DNA from: Bigelowiella natans CCMP2755
Lineage: Eukaryota; Protista; Cercozoa
Assembly (NCBI GenBank): GCA_000320545.1
Contig: ADNK01003454.1
Location: 1 to 64,000, forward strand
DNA length: 64,000 bases
Direction of reading: 5' to 3'
The number at the start of each line of letters is the position of its first letter. The stretch's first letter is position 1. A program made the position numbers and the translations under genes. The notes beneath the pieces are model-generated. The model ran no database searches and had not been told where the DNA came from. It saw nothing but the letters and a program-made list of their open reading frames with translations. Positions 14,451-28,599 of the stretch are shown in pieces.

Positions 14451-14914
14451 CACAACTCCGTCAAACCGGCGTGCAACGACTGGGTTTTGCACAAACCATG
14501 CTTTGCGCGCGCGGCCAGGCGCGCACAATGGTTGCAATTGGACATTGGAAGCACACTGGAGCCTGCTCACATTTGAAGTTCAAACTTGAATTTTTTTTCG
14601 AATTTCAGCTTCAAAACCTCACTTTTCAACGCCTGCCAGCGGGCACAAATCTTGAAATTGAAATTGTAGACAAATGCTTGTGTTTCTGAAATGGCCAGCG
14701 CAAATGCACTTGCTGTGTCACAAGTTTTCCAAGCTCATGAGGGTGTGCGCACACTAGCTTCGTGTCATTGTGAAATTTCAGCACGATTGCACGCACGCAC
14801 AGTCACTCCCGCGCTAGCGCGCGCCCACGCGCAGGTGTGTGCTCAATGACCTGGTGACTGCTCAATTGAGAGGTCATGCCACCTGCCACTCGTCACAGGT
14901 TTGACGGAGTTGTG
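14451..14914. mobile_element. MITE-like non-autonomous DNA transposon (464 bp) with 17-bp perfect terminal inverted repeats
   Basis: cacaactccgtcaaacc (14451-14467) and ggtttgacggagttgtg (14898-14914), with an imperfect subterminal extension. No credible coding capacity. The outer CA/TG may be mutated TA target-site duplications (Tc1/mariner/pogo type; inference). Confidence 0.75.
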
Positions 14915-15572
14915 TGCACGTGCCACAGCGTGTCCAGGTGTGACCACCGTCATCTGATCGTTTCCGTGGCGGAAGGATCACTTCAGCGTTGCTGTGCGGG
15001 CCAGCTGTGGCACGATCTATAGCGCGATGCGGTGAGTGCGCTGCTAGGCTACATTCACCGCCTTACCACAGCATGCTAGCATCATAGCGCACGCGCGAGT
15101 GGTCCTCTCTTACACTCTGGTCAGCCTCTGCATGCATGCAGCAGTTCTGGCCATGCATTCAAGCTGTAGCTGGATCTGCCGCGCCCTCGACTGTAGTCGT
15201 CGAATGCAATGCAACGTGCGCTGTGCGTGCACGTGCAATGAAACATCACAGCTACTGATGATGGGTGCATCCTTTGTGCAGTGGCACGCGCGCCGCCATG
15301 AGATTTTCATTTGACCAACTCTAGCGCTCCACGCTTACGCTGCAATGAGCGCGCCAGAGCTAATAACATACAGTGGCGTACAAGCTACTAAACATGTAAC
15401 GGTACATCTCACATGCAAACGGTGATAAACATGGGATCGTCATCGGAAAGAATGATTATTGAATCAACTATGAATTTTAGTATTGCATGTGTATTTCATT
15501 TCTGAAAGCAATTATCGATGTAAGCCCAATATTCGCTCTAATGCATACTTCACAAAAAATAGCTGATGCTAA

Positions 15573-15757
15573 CTATAGATTCTTTAGATCTGCCTTGATG
15601 TCTTCAGCAATGTTTACTGTGTCAGCAGCTTCAATGAAGTCCGGCAACTCATCAAAATTGAGATAGCGGTAAGTGTCGTCAGCTAGATAAATCAGTTATG
15701 GACAGCAGTTTAAATTGTGAATGCCAATGTAATTGTATGATGGTCAAAGAACGCATT

Positions 15758-15805
<48 letters not shown>

Positions 15806-16255
15806 ATATAAACGATTAGATGCAGAATGCACAACACGCACCTGTGGTATTTACAAACGACATTGCTTCAAGATATTCCTCAGGAGTCGGCAACTTTCCC
15901 ATGATTGAAGCAACAGCTGCAAGCTCCGCGGATGCCTGCAACCACCACCACATTCAATGATCTAGTATTAGTATTATGATCGTATTGTTGTCCATATGGA
16001 GGGAAGGGAATACTTTTAGTGTTGTATACCAAGAAAACGTCTGCGCCTTTTCCGAGACGATTTGGGAAATTCCGTGTCGACGTAGAAACGACATTTGCTT
16101 TATCGGCGACACGAGCCTGATTTCCCATGCATAGTGAGCATCCAGGCATTTCTGTACGTGCGCCAACAGTTCCGTAGATGGAATAGTATCCCTGATGATG
16201 ATGATAAATTATAATCAAAGACATTCGAGAGAACAATGAATCAAACGCGAATAGT

Positions 16256-16306
<51 letters not shown>

Positions 16307-16985
16307 TCCCGTAGTCACAATTAACAGTAAGGAGTACCTCAGCAGTGAGCTGCGCAGCATCCATTTTCGTTGGTGGTGCTACCCACAGTCTTGTTGGCAA
16401 TGCCCCCTCTGAGTAATACGATGATGATAAAAATGAGGGCAGTGATGATTTTATGCTAAAATGGTGATAACCACACGGATAACATCTCTTGTTCATGTTT
16501 TGTGAAAACTCTTCAGCATTTAGTTACGTGAATTATTCTGTAGTAGTTTTCCAGCAGCTCTGAAATGGCCTATGTTCGTCATGCAAGACCCAATGAAGAC
16601 CTACATTATTCCACCAGGAACCAACAAAAAGCTTCTTAATAATTCCAACTTAACACTCAGTCACCCATTTCATAGAATTCGCTAAAAGGAGTAGTGTTGA
16701 GGCAATCATCTCAAGTCAATTCTACCTCATCGATCTTTGTATCTTTTACCTCCGAAAGAAGACGTGCTAATTTTTGACAGGAGAGTAGAAGTGTGGAGAG
16801 TAGAAGTGTTGTTACTAATATCTTAATATATACTACTCGAGAAAATAACGGATTGTAGCTGTAATAATATCACTCTCGACAAAGTCTGCGCTGCATCACT
16901 GTACTGTGTGCGCAGAAAAACAATTATCCGTTTTCCGTTGCAATTAATTTCTCGATCTAAGATTCATCATGTGAAACAGTAATCT

Positions 16986-17024
<39 letters not shown>

Positions 17025-18702
17025 ATATACACTGTTTTTACGACTCTGTTAGCACCCCCCCCCCCCCCCCCCTCTCACCAACCTATGTCTACAAAATGAT
17101 AAAGTGGTTGAATACCATCGTCTGGGTCATTTGGAGCACATAGAATAGGCTCAGTGATTTCGTTCATATCAATGTCAATCACAGCTGCGTATCTATTTAT
17201 TAGAATGTACGAGGAATATTTTGAGAAATATTAATGTGATATGACAACAATTATGATTCGTAGTTTTGCATTCTAGACAAATAGTCTGATAAAAACAGGC
17301 AGTGGACTTACTCTGCATTAGGATCTGCCTCCATGAGTTGAGGATTTTCAAGCCATTTTTCCATAGCAACGATCCTGCGGCTGATCGTCCTCTCATCACC
17401 ATACCCTTCAGATATCATCCATTTAAGCATCACGATGTTGGACTGAAGATACTCGATGATGGGCTCTTTGTCGAGCTTGATGGTACATCCCGCTGCAGAT
17501 CTTTCTGCGGATGCATCCGAGAGTTCAAATGCCTGTTCGCATTTGAGCTGTGAGAGCCCTTCAATCTCTAAGATCCTTCCGGAGAAGATGTTTTTCTTGC
17601 CTGCCTTTTCTACGGTCAGAAGTCCTTCTTGAATGGCGTAGTAAGGGATTGCATGAACGAGGTCACGAAGAGTAATTCCTGGTTGAAGCTCTCCAGAGAA
17701 ACGTACCAGTACTGACTCTGGCATATCAAGGGGCATAACACCTGTAGCTGCAGCGAATGCGACCAATCCAGAACCAGCAGGGAACGAGATTCCAATAGGG
17801 AAACGAGTGTGTGAGTCCCCCCCCGTGCCGACAGTATCAGGCATCAGCATTCTATTAAGCCAAGAGTGAATAATTCCGTCGCCAGGTCTGAGTGATACTC
17901 CGCCTCTGTTCATGATGAAGTCAGGTAGTGTATGGTGTGTGATGACATCCACGGGCTTCGGATAGGCTGCTGTGTGACAAAAAGACTGCATGACCAGGTC
18001 AGCTTGGAATCCCAAACATGCAAGATCTTTTAGCTCATCACGCGTCATAGGTCCTGTAGTGTCTTGAGATCCGACAGTCGTCATCTTTGGCTCCACATAC
18101 ATTCCTGGAAGCACTCCTTCTACACCACACGCTTTTCCCACCATCTTCTGTGCAAGTGTGTAACCATCGACCTTCTTCACTTCGGATTGGGGAAGGTTGA
18201 ACACCGTAGATGCTTCAAGACCGAGCGACTCGCGTGCTTTGGTAGTTAGGCCACGGCCAATGATAAGAGGGATACGGCCTCCAGCACGAACCTCATCTAA
18301 GATAACGTTTGTCTTGAGGGAGAATTCAGCAAGAACATCTCCGTTTTCAGCTTTCACGACACCCTTGTGTGGAAAAATCTCGATGATGTCCCCCATTTTC
18401 AACTTTGATACATCCATTTCGATTGGAAGAGCTCCTGAATCTTCCATGGTATTAAAGAATATAGGTGCTATTTTCCCGCCAATACAGACGCCACCCGCAC
18501 GTTTATTAGGCACGTTTGGGATATCATTCCCCATTAGCCAGAGCACGGAGTTGGTTGCACTCTTACGAGATGATCCCGTGCCGACGACATCACCGACATA
18601 TGCAAGAGGATGGCCTTTTTGTTTCAGCTGCTCAATTTGTTCAATAGGGCCGATTTCACCGTCCTTATCTGGATTGATACCTTCCCGAGCTACATTAAAT
18701 CA

Positions 18703-18748
<46 letters not shown>

Positions 18749-19554
18749 CTATTCAGTGTGACCAATGAATTTTATCATTAATTCAAAATACTGTTAAAAA
18801 CAGTAACGTTTATTGGTATTATTACCGTTCTTCAGCATAGCGAGGGCATGTTTCGGAATGTCAGGGCGAGACCATGCATCTGGAGCTGGCGACAGATCGT
18901 CTGTATTTGTCTCTCCAGTTACCTGGGGAGGATTATGCAGTTGTTCAATCATCTTTGGTTACGGGGAAGGTAACGGAGTATGAGCAGCATTTTTCACCCC
19001 ATTCATCGTGACACATCAGTGATTCTTGTAATTGCGTCAAAGTGATAAACATCTGGTATTTTCAATGTGAATGAAATACGTTCAAGTCCAATTTAATATG
19101 ATTAAATGCCATCGTTTAGTTCATATGACCTTAAACACAGTAACAGTGATCTTTTCGGGCACTTCAGGCTTAGATAAATACCACTCGGCATCTGCCCAAC
19201 TTTGGATCACTTTCTTAGCAGCTTCGTTCCCGCCGTTTGCAAGTTCCTCAACATCGTGGAACGCGTCGAATACAAGAATTGTGTGGGAAAGGCACTTTAC
19301 CTTGTAAATTGAGCATAAGCAAGTCAAAAAACTTCATATTGAACACATTCTGGATACTATCTTCTTGATACTTCTAATTTTAATACTTATATGGAAACTG
19401 CAAGTATACCGCGACTGGAGCCATTTCTTCGTCCTTGAGGAGTTCGATTAGAGTTGCGATGTTGTAGCCACCTAAGTAAAAATTTAAACTTTGCATACGT
19501 TTGCTAGCTTTCGATCCCTTGCGCACTTTCCCAATTTCAAATAAATTATAAAAT

Positions 19555-19597
<43 letters not shown>

Positions 19598-20403
19598 ATA
19601 TACCCCCCCCTCCCCTCGCGTGTGTGTGCTCGATCACTTCTGGGGCATCTATTCTTTCTAAGGGCACACTAATTCTTTCTCACTATTATTGATCTATATC
19701 AACTTCTGCACTATTAATACCTTGCATGGTTCCAAGCAGTTCGGTAGCTAGTTGACGCGATACGAGGGGGCTCTTGGCGTCACCCTGCACATCGTCATAT
19801 CTCTCATATAGGTGTGGGAATGTGTTCGTACATTGGAACCTTAGCGACTGCTGAAAGAAATCCAGCCTTAACATAAGCTGCTTCGTCAACACCAGGAGGT
19901 ATGCTAAGAAAAGGGGGCATGTCAAGAAATCGATATGTAGACACTTTGATACGAAAATCTTTTATCACAAACCGGTTTGAGAGAAGGTCAACCAGAGTTT
20001 CTTCTTCTCCAACATCTGGATTTTTAAGCTCCTGTAATAGGTAGATTTTGAACAAGAACCCAAAAATTGAAAAGCATAAAATGATGTACTTCCACAAGAT
20101 CGGAAACTTGCTCTGCATTCAAAGGCTGAGCTACAAGGCCTTCCGAAGCTCTTTCAGCAACGAGGCCGTTATATTTGTCCAAGAATGCGGACAAATAGCG
20201 TCGATTTCTAAATATTGAATGACACACAAAATTATGGAAATGTTGAGAACGTTAGTGGGGAACGTGTGACGAAAGAAAGTTTAGTTTTCTTTGTTCGGAT
20301 GTAAGTTCTTTGGTTGTTTTCGCAGTTCTTTTAGGCATAACTACTACCTGGAAATAAGTTTCCTTGCTTTAATAGCAGCATGTCTGGACGAGCGGGCAAG
20401 CAT
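15573..20403 (-). CDS. acnB: Aconitate hydratase 2 (bacterial-type aconitase B) with N-terminal mitochondrial presequence; 16 exons
   Basis: Exons 20403-20348, 20207-20090, 20031-19973, 19903-19840, 19784-19721, 19471-19410, 19300-19130, 18922-18826, 18689-17312, 17192-17116, 16766-16726, 16600-16528, 16408-16338, 16191-16030, 15935-15842 and 15682-15573 splice GT-AG in phase. Motifs [84 protein letters not shown] and [13 protein letters not shown] match E. coli AcnB. Leader is [25 protein letters not shown]. Confidence 0.97.
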
Positions 20404-21014
20404 CTACCAGTGAACAATGAATGAGGAAAAGGGAGAGGGGGTAGATAGTGATGTTTCTCGTGTTCTACAGTGGCCACTTGACTTATGTGTTGTGGTGTAA
20501 GCCTTACCGGAAAGCACGTCTGTCTAGTATACATTCAAATTTGAGTACAATATTTGGAAACGACACGATATGTTTTAAATTTTTAAAAGAAAATCGAACA
20601 ATATGATTTTTACGCGTTGAAGCGCAGTTGCCAAATTAAATGATATTAAGGCATTCACACTAAAGATCCGAAAATATCAAACCCTGTTATGTAGACACAT
20701 TAGAATAAGTATTGAAGACGTAGAGACCTAATATCCCATAAAATAAAGATATTTAAAAATGTCATATTATCATTCACATTCTTAATCAAGATTATCGGTT
20801 GCATGAATTTTAAAAAGATAAGACTGCATAATATTCATGTCGTTTAGATATTTATTAGGACATTTATCGAAGAAGCGATATTCAATCTTGGACTGAAACG
20901 AATTCAGGCTCATTTCGGGTAAAGTTTTCCGACTCGGACAGACTCACAGAAAAAAACGATAAATTAAGTTCATCTAATCTCCGAATTTGTGACGCAGTTT
21001 TTTGCAATCTTATG

Positions 21015-21103
21015 AAATTTCATAAGAAATCCTGGAAATCCACACAAAATCCGTGGGAAATCCGTATCGAAAAATTGGAAATCTAAGAAAATCTATTAAA
21101 TCC
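21015..21103. promoter_or_regulatory. Phased AAATCY motif array in the divergent intergenic region upstream of acnB
   Basis: AAATCC or AAATCT at 21027, 21036, 21047, 21058, 21079, 21089 and 21098 (about 10-bp spacing). A regulatory role is inference. Confidence 0.35.
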
Positions 21104-21375
21104 AGGAACTTCGTAGCAAGATATTTTCTAAATGTAAAATTTTATTTCTCCGATCGAATGCTGCTTCACATAGACAACTAGGATTTCCTAGAAATTTCGA
21201 GGAAACTGTCCACATATTCGAGTATGCATTTCAAGAGTTTTAGAGATTACGACATGGAGTAATATACCAGTTTCACAAAAAAATCACAATCCCATACATT
21301 TCTTACCTACGACAATGCGTTTATGCCTATTGCCACCTTTCCCTCAAAACCCAACACAAACTAATTTTAATACGT

Positions 21376-23368
21376 ATGGCTGCTTCCGTGAGCAGCAAAT
21401 GCTACTTAGCGATCGCCAAAGGGCTCCATGGCCTTGACGCTGCTTCGTACAAGCCTTTTGATACGTAAATATAAAAATTTGTCGATGAAACTTGATAGTA
21501 ATGGGAATACGGGAGGAGAAGACGTCAACCTTCCAGAACAATTTCAAACAGCATATCGAGGAGGGTGGGAGATGGAGAAAATCGGCTCGAAAGGGGACTT
21601 TTAGCATGTTACTTTAAGAATTGTTATTGCTATATGAAACAAATACTTACCCGCGTGTTGAATACTATCTTAGATTCCGCGAATACTACGAACGGGTAGT
21701 AAACACGACCACCACCTCAACATCACGCACGTTTCTACCAATTTAAAATAAACAATATATTATTTTCTGGCTACAAACTTAAAACAGTCGCGACTTATGG
21801 TCGGTGCCCTATGGTTTATCATCTTTGTGTTCGGGTTGTTCGTATACCTGGTCGTAAATGTGTTGATTTTCTTCCAGTTAGAAGATCTTCGGATAGGATT
21901 TGAGGTTGGAGCTGTGATCATCATCATCATCATCATCATTATCATCATCATATTGAATGAAAAACAACTTATTCATTAGCAACCGATTATCGTCAGATTT
22001 CAGCTTTGTAGAATGTATATCCTAGTGTGAAATAATCTGACAAACAGCCAAAGGAGTTGGATTCCATTCTTTCCAGTCAATCATTTCGATTTGATGGTAC
22101 AACAACTGGAATATCTATCGAGCTTGGAGGAGCAGGGGAAGGGGGGGATGGAACATTGGGCAGTAGTATGATCGGTGTAGTTAGTGATACTAAAACGCTG
22201 GCTTCATCAAAAAAGCTGCTGGAAAATGAAAACTCGGTAGTAATTATGGTTGAAGGATGAGGAAGAAGAGAACAAAAGAAAGGGAGTCGAGATATGTTTA
22301 CTGCTTTCATTTTTAAGTTAACTTCAGCGCATTTCTAAGATCAAATAAAATTCTCTCTCCTTTCATGGACTTGGAAGGAATGAATGATCTTACTAAATTA
22401 CGCATGCTGTGTTTGGTAAGATGATCGGAAGTGTCTATTGTGTGCTACTATTATTGAGTGTATTCACACTACTACTATGCTCATAATTAGCCTAATCATG
22501 ATAACCAAATCTATCTTATATGCTATAGATGCTTGCAATGGGACTTAACCTCACCTGGCAGATAGTGTTCGAAATGAGGTCGAATAGTACGGACCAAGTC
22601 ACACCTATACGGGTAAAAGCCGTTTGCAAAAACAGAGAAAATAATGCCAATACATGTATTGTATACATGCATTTTATCTACAATGAATGATCAGAACTTG
22701 GAATCTGGGTGTGGAGAGGGGGTGCCATTTGGCATTTGTTCGTCTGGATCTGTTGATTCCATTCAAGGTGGTTTTTATGATTATTTTAAGAAGAAGAAGA
22801 TGGTTTTTACAACATACATATGATTGACTTAATACACCTTCTGATCAGGAACTGATCTACGACCTCCATTTAGAATTCTGCGTGCTATTATCAAGTAGTA
22901 ATGATAACAACATATAATAGTATATAGAATAACTTATGACGATGACATCTTGTGCTTGTTTCTATGATGCTGGCTCTCTCTCCTCTCTTGTGATACAATC
23001 GCAAAAATGTCAGTCTACTTGAGCTACTACTACTGTCTAACTTGTTGCTAAGATTTGCTAACAGAAAACAGTATTATAATATTGATGATGATAACGAATA
23101 TATCCACTGCAGATGCAATGCTGCTGGCTCTACGACAGGATGTTCAAATCTTTCATCAGAAATCCTACAAAGCACTGTGGTTTTGAATTCAAACAACATC
23201 TTCGCTAATCAACTTACGACGCCAATCTACTCTGAAAAATTCAATTATCATTCCTCTGCATCATTTCGATGGCCTGGAGAGGGAAGGAAGCTGATTGCAC
23301 GGATGGGTGTTGATGCTATCGAAACACGTGTTAGAGCTACAACAACATCAGATCCATTTGTATGTTTA

Positions 23369-23401
<33 letters not shown>

Positions 23402-24022
23402 CATCATACGCTAAGATGATGATGATGATAATGAGCAGCAGCATCGAGATCTACACCGACAACGCGGAGGATATGATTAAATAGATCGAATCATCGATAT
23501 ATCTGCAGTTATATTTTGATGATAATAGCGGCTCTTTATTTTTGCTGCATTATGTAATGGTAAATCACCTACTAGTGTTATCTTAGTCACTGCATCGTTT
23601 CATCTCGTTTTTCTTGGTCTAATCACCTTCCTCTTTTTCAATAAATATATTATTTGTTTCATTAGAACTTGGAGAATCTGAACGACTTCTACATAACTAT
23701 CGAGCCTTCATTTACATTCGTGGATGTATGATTCTTTACTTTGCTAGCTGCGGTGTTATTAATGTTAATCAGTCTTCTTGCAGATGACTAATTTTGCCAT
23801 TGCTGTCTACTACCGCTCCTACTAATAATAATAACAATGATAACAATAATACTATTACTTACTACCAAGGGGAATATTATGTTGTATTTTACTAAAGTAG
23901 CATTGCATCATCGTTTGTTGTTTTATTACTCGTAGAGAGCAAGATAGAATACAGTGCTGATTTCTATTTAGCTATTCGACTTTGTCCTTCTCCTTCTCCT
24001 CCTCCTCCTCCTCCTCCTCCTC

Positions 24023-24053
<31 letters not shown>

Positions 24054-24393
24054 CACTACTACTTTCTCAATAGATATACCGTTGTCGTGATGATTATTGT
24101 AAAAGTGATTTGATGGATCAGTACGCGCCTTTAGGAGAAGATAATGTTGTTGTGGATATTATATTTGCTCTGCCTGTAACTGCAGACAGGACACCAGTAT
24201 GTGCTAGTACTACTTAGAAAAAGAAATCAGAAGAAAAATAAGAAAAAAAGAAGAATATAAGACAGAGGAGGAGGAGGGAGACTAGTTATTCCCATATTAT
24301 GAAGATTATTTGTTCGATGCAGCCGCTCTGTGACAATTTCTATCAATACCACGATTGCAGATATAATGCTTTATATAAATAAAAAAATATATT

Positions 24394-24429
<36 letters not shown>

Positions 24430-24443
24430 TTACTTATAAATGC

Positions 24444-24485
<42 letters not shown>

Positions 24486-26413
24486 TTTATATACTTGTGG
24501 GTATATCAAATTGAGTATCATCATGATATCGACTACAGAATTCGTAATACATATTATGAGTATAATGATGTTGGTAATTATAGCTGTAAAAAATTAACAC
24601 TCTGGATGGATTTGATGCTAATAATAGCTGCAAATGATCAACCCTCTGGAATTATATTATGAGTATAATGATATGCTGATGCTGATAATAATAGCTGCAA
24701 ACCATTAACCCACTGGATTTGATTGCAATTGTTGGAAGCTTCGTTGCTGGGTAGGTGCTCTATGGTCAAATCAACCTTTATGCAGCATGAATGAGAAGGA
24801 GGAGAGCTGACACACACACAACACACAATACACACACGTACTGTATTCTTTAAGTGTCATTATTGTTTTTAGAAATATAATTCTACGCACCCGAAGAAGG
24901 GTCAAACCTTTAACGAGAAATTCATCGCTTTATCTCAATTCATCTGCTGTTTTTTTTTAATAGTAAACAAGATGTTTTTTATTAGTAAACAAGTTCTTAT
25001 TTTGCTACTTATTCTTATTGTTATATATCTCTATTCTTCTTTTTTCTTTATTGCCATCTTTTCCTATTATAATCAGAGCAATAGTAGTGAATGTAATTGT
25101 ATCCAAAATACACTTTTACATATACTGGCTCAACAAAAAGGATGACCAACCACCCAAAATTAATGAAGATACTGCAAGGTAGTAATAGAAGTATTACTGC
25201 TACTACTTTGTAGTGGTAGTAGTTGTTGTTGTTGTTGTTGCAGTAGTACCGTAAGACGAAGAGGCAGCTGCACTGTGTAATCATATGATAGACCCTGCTC
25301 TCCTTTAATTTTTGTGTATTGCTCTCTCGCATCATCACAGACTATAATTATCATAAAAAAACACAAAGACAGAGTCTCTCGCATCATGACAGACTATAAT
25401 TATCATAATAAGGATGTTTATAAGGATGGGGGGGATAAAATGATAATTCTCATGGCCATCGTATATGTAGAGAGTATAGGGTGAGCATGTGTTTTATCCC
25501 CATAGCTTATGTAAAGAGCAGTATGGGGTATGTATACTCGCCTCTAAGGTGGATTATACTTACTTTCGTTATTCGGAACAACTTCATCATCAGCTTCCTT
25601 AAATCGTGCAAAAGAAAAGACCTGAGCGAAGGTCGTAGCAAGCTGTTGATCCTCTTTACTAACCTGCTGTTAATCGAGCCTGTAATTGTAGCTTCTTTAA
25701 TTTCATGGTTTGTAAATGAGACTGCTTGATTTAGGGGGTGGGGGGGAAGGAGTTGTTTCAACAATAATTTCCTTTGTCCCCATCATTTACATTGTTCTGC
25801 CATTATGCATACAGTAATACATATCATCCTAACATTGGTGATCATCATAATCTCTCAGTCGAAAATGAACTTCTTTATGCACTAACGGTATGCTTCAAAT
25901 CCATCTTACTGATATCATCATCAGCAGTAGCGTGGCAGTATATTATAATAAAAGATAAAATAAATCCTATGAAAATGATGTGACTAAATTTTAGTCTACT
26001 GTGACTTATTATACAAAATACAGTAAAGTATAGAATTGAAATAAGACTTATTATACATAAATAATACTTCAGTATAGAAGCGGACTAATACTCTAAGAAT
26101 ATAAGCATAATCTATTGAGTTTTCAGTCGTACACACAATATCATCGATTTGCTATTTTGAGGAAAAGAATCAGGGATGTTTTGCAGACATCTCTCTCGTA
26201 TTGTTTGCTTTTTTATATTTATTTTGTTTAATGTTGTTTAATGTAGTTTGGTGGGCTCATTAAATTTGGAGTCCAAACGAAGCATATCGTCAAATATTTT
26301 ACCCAAAAACACAAAGACAGAGATTCTTCAATGTTTGAAGAAATATTTGGTAAACTATATGTCGCTTTTATTTGGAATGTTTTCCTCATTTTGCTTGTTG
26401 TGTATGCGTAATA

Positions 26414-26466
<53 letters not shown>

Positions 26467-26610
26467 TTTTTGTACATATATGCACGGATTTTTTGTTTTG
26501 TTAAAATGCAGGAAGTGTTAAGGAATACACAGCAAAGCAACGCGTTGCAATGTTCCTTAAGTAAGGATGACTTCATGATGCAGTATATGACTGAGAGAGA
26601 GAAGGAGAGA

Positions 26611-26659
<49 letters not shown>

Positions 26660-27440
26660 AGCAAGCTATTAGAACTATTTTTGGCGTCACTCATGAGAGT
26701 TGTCAATTTGTAGACACAAGGACAGGGCATTCATGGAAGTGAAAACAGCGGCATCAACGACATCGTCGTCTATTCCAAAGGCAGATATCTTACTAAAGCC
26801 TGGTCATAGCACCAACCGATTAGTAACACAAGGGGGGGCGATTAGGATTCGAAGACATTTCATAAATGGTAATGGTAAAGGAGGAAAATCATCAGGCAGC
26901 GCAGATAATGGCGAGGATCGATTTTCAAGTGATAATAACAACAGAGATTCTTCTACTGTATCTGCTACTATAACTACTGAAATTGAAGATGATACAAGGT
27001 CATCTAACATAAATATTTCAGTTTCTTATTTATTTGTATTTGAATGAAGGTAGCGACGACATTAAATGTGTTGCAAGTATATAAGTGCGTATAGATTCCT
27101 TTTGTCTATAAGCATCATATCTTCTTGATCATTCAATCTATATACTGCAGGATGAATGAGCAAAATCTCAACATCATTTCGTCATTGATTGCGTACGAGT
27201 TGTTTGCTTTCATTGGACAAATGAGAAATGCAATTCAAAATCATCTTCCAGATGCAGCAAGACGAAGAGGGCTTGAACAAGTACGTAATATGATGTGTAA
27301 CACAATAACTTGCATAAGGATTTTATGATGTTGCATATCAAAAATGCAGCTAAACGAAAAAACAATCGATGTTACAGTTATAGTGTTGATATTGAGGGCG
27401 TGGCGTGTCTTTTGATTAATAACTTAGGAACTAGTTAACT
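21376..27440 (+). CDS. One or two multi-exon hypothetical genes, probably encoding a membrane protein; structure poorly resolved
   Basis: Candidate exons MAASVSSKCYLAIAKGLHGLDAASYKPFD, QSFRFDGTTTGISIELGG, CNAAGSTTGCSNLSSEIL, hydrophobic WIILTFVIRNNFIISF...LLILFTNLLLIEPVIVASLISWF, and MNEQNLNIISSLIAYELFAFIGQMRNAIQNHL. Not all junctions could be phased. Confidence 0.4.
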
Positions 27441-28199
27441 CAGTTTCACCCTTAAAATAATTTCAAGATTAAATCATGCTGCGCTGCAATTTACGTTATC
27501 ATCTGATTCGAATGACTTGTGCATATACATATGTAGCACCACGCAACATGATATCTAATTGTCAGTCTATTTGCATCATCAAGCACACATCATTCAATTG
27601 TGACCACTTTGTAACTACAAACAACTGCATGACTGACGTTAAAATAGATAACAGTTGTCTGTCTATGTCCATGGCATGACATTATTAAAATCAATGTTGC
27701 ATTGAAATCACTGTGAAATCTAGAAATCTAGAAGTGCAGTGGATCTGCGCACATGCAAGACAGCTAGACAGCAAGGCAGGTCATTTAATCGGCTGCTATG
27801 ATCTTGGGCTGCTGTCCGCACTAGTGTAGTCTACATGCTAGCATGGCCTGCATCTAGGCATGCTCATGCTGTGCTAATGATAGTCATCATGCATGCTAGC
27901 ATGCATCTGCCCTGAGTGGCATCGTGTGGTGGATAGGTTGCATCGAGGTAATGGGAGTTTTCAAGTTTGTCGCTTGAACATTGTTCATCATTTGATCCAC
28001 GCATATGCACTGCTCTAGCAGTCCTTTTGCTAGCTTGTTCGAGGCATTTCACACGTTGTCCTAGAAATGCATGTAGCACGAAAGGCGCACATACATTCCT
28101 AGGTTCTCGTTGCTCAAAGTCTGTTAGTTTGGCTATTGCGCTGGGAAGCTAGGAAGGTCGTCTAGCTAGAGAGAGAGGTGTGCACAACCAAAGACACAT

Positions 28200-28241
<42 letters not shown>

Positions 28242-28264
28242 CTCTTTCTATTGTGTATGTTTGT

Positions 28265-28307
<43 letters not shown>

Positions 28308-28599
28308 CGTGTGTGTTGATAGTCTTGTAGTCGCTTCACGTTGACGGCCTGCAAGTGCTGCGAAATATATGGTATGATTATTAGTATTTACAGTACTAAC
28401 TGTCATATCCAACACCAAGCACTTGATGTCTATCTATTTGTCATCACACTATCACAACTTAGCATGAATCTGTCATTACACTATCACAATTTAGGATGAA
28501 TTAAAGCAGCGCTTGATGTCTGTCATCACACTACTACAATTATTATCTATGACCTTAGCATGGTGAGGACCTCCCTTCCATCAACATGATTTTCATTGC

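Noticed and set aside
13984-14689. ORFs of 88-153 aa over the LINE/MITE relic
   Set aside because: Same stop-codon depletion artefact; they cross element boundaries.
18064-18781. + strand ORFs of 61 and 194 aa
   Set aside because: Antisense shadows of acnB exon 9.
21376-21905. IRE1/PQQ-type beta-propeller assignment for the + strand gene
   Set aside because: Based only on short fragments (GLHGLDAAS, GRDLWSVPY) with ambiguous splicing; not supportable.
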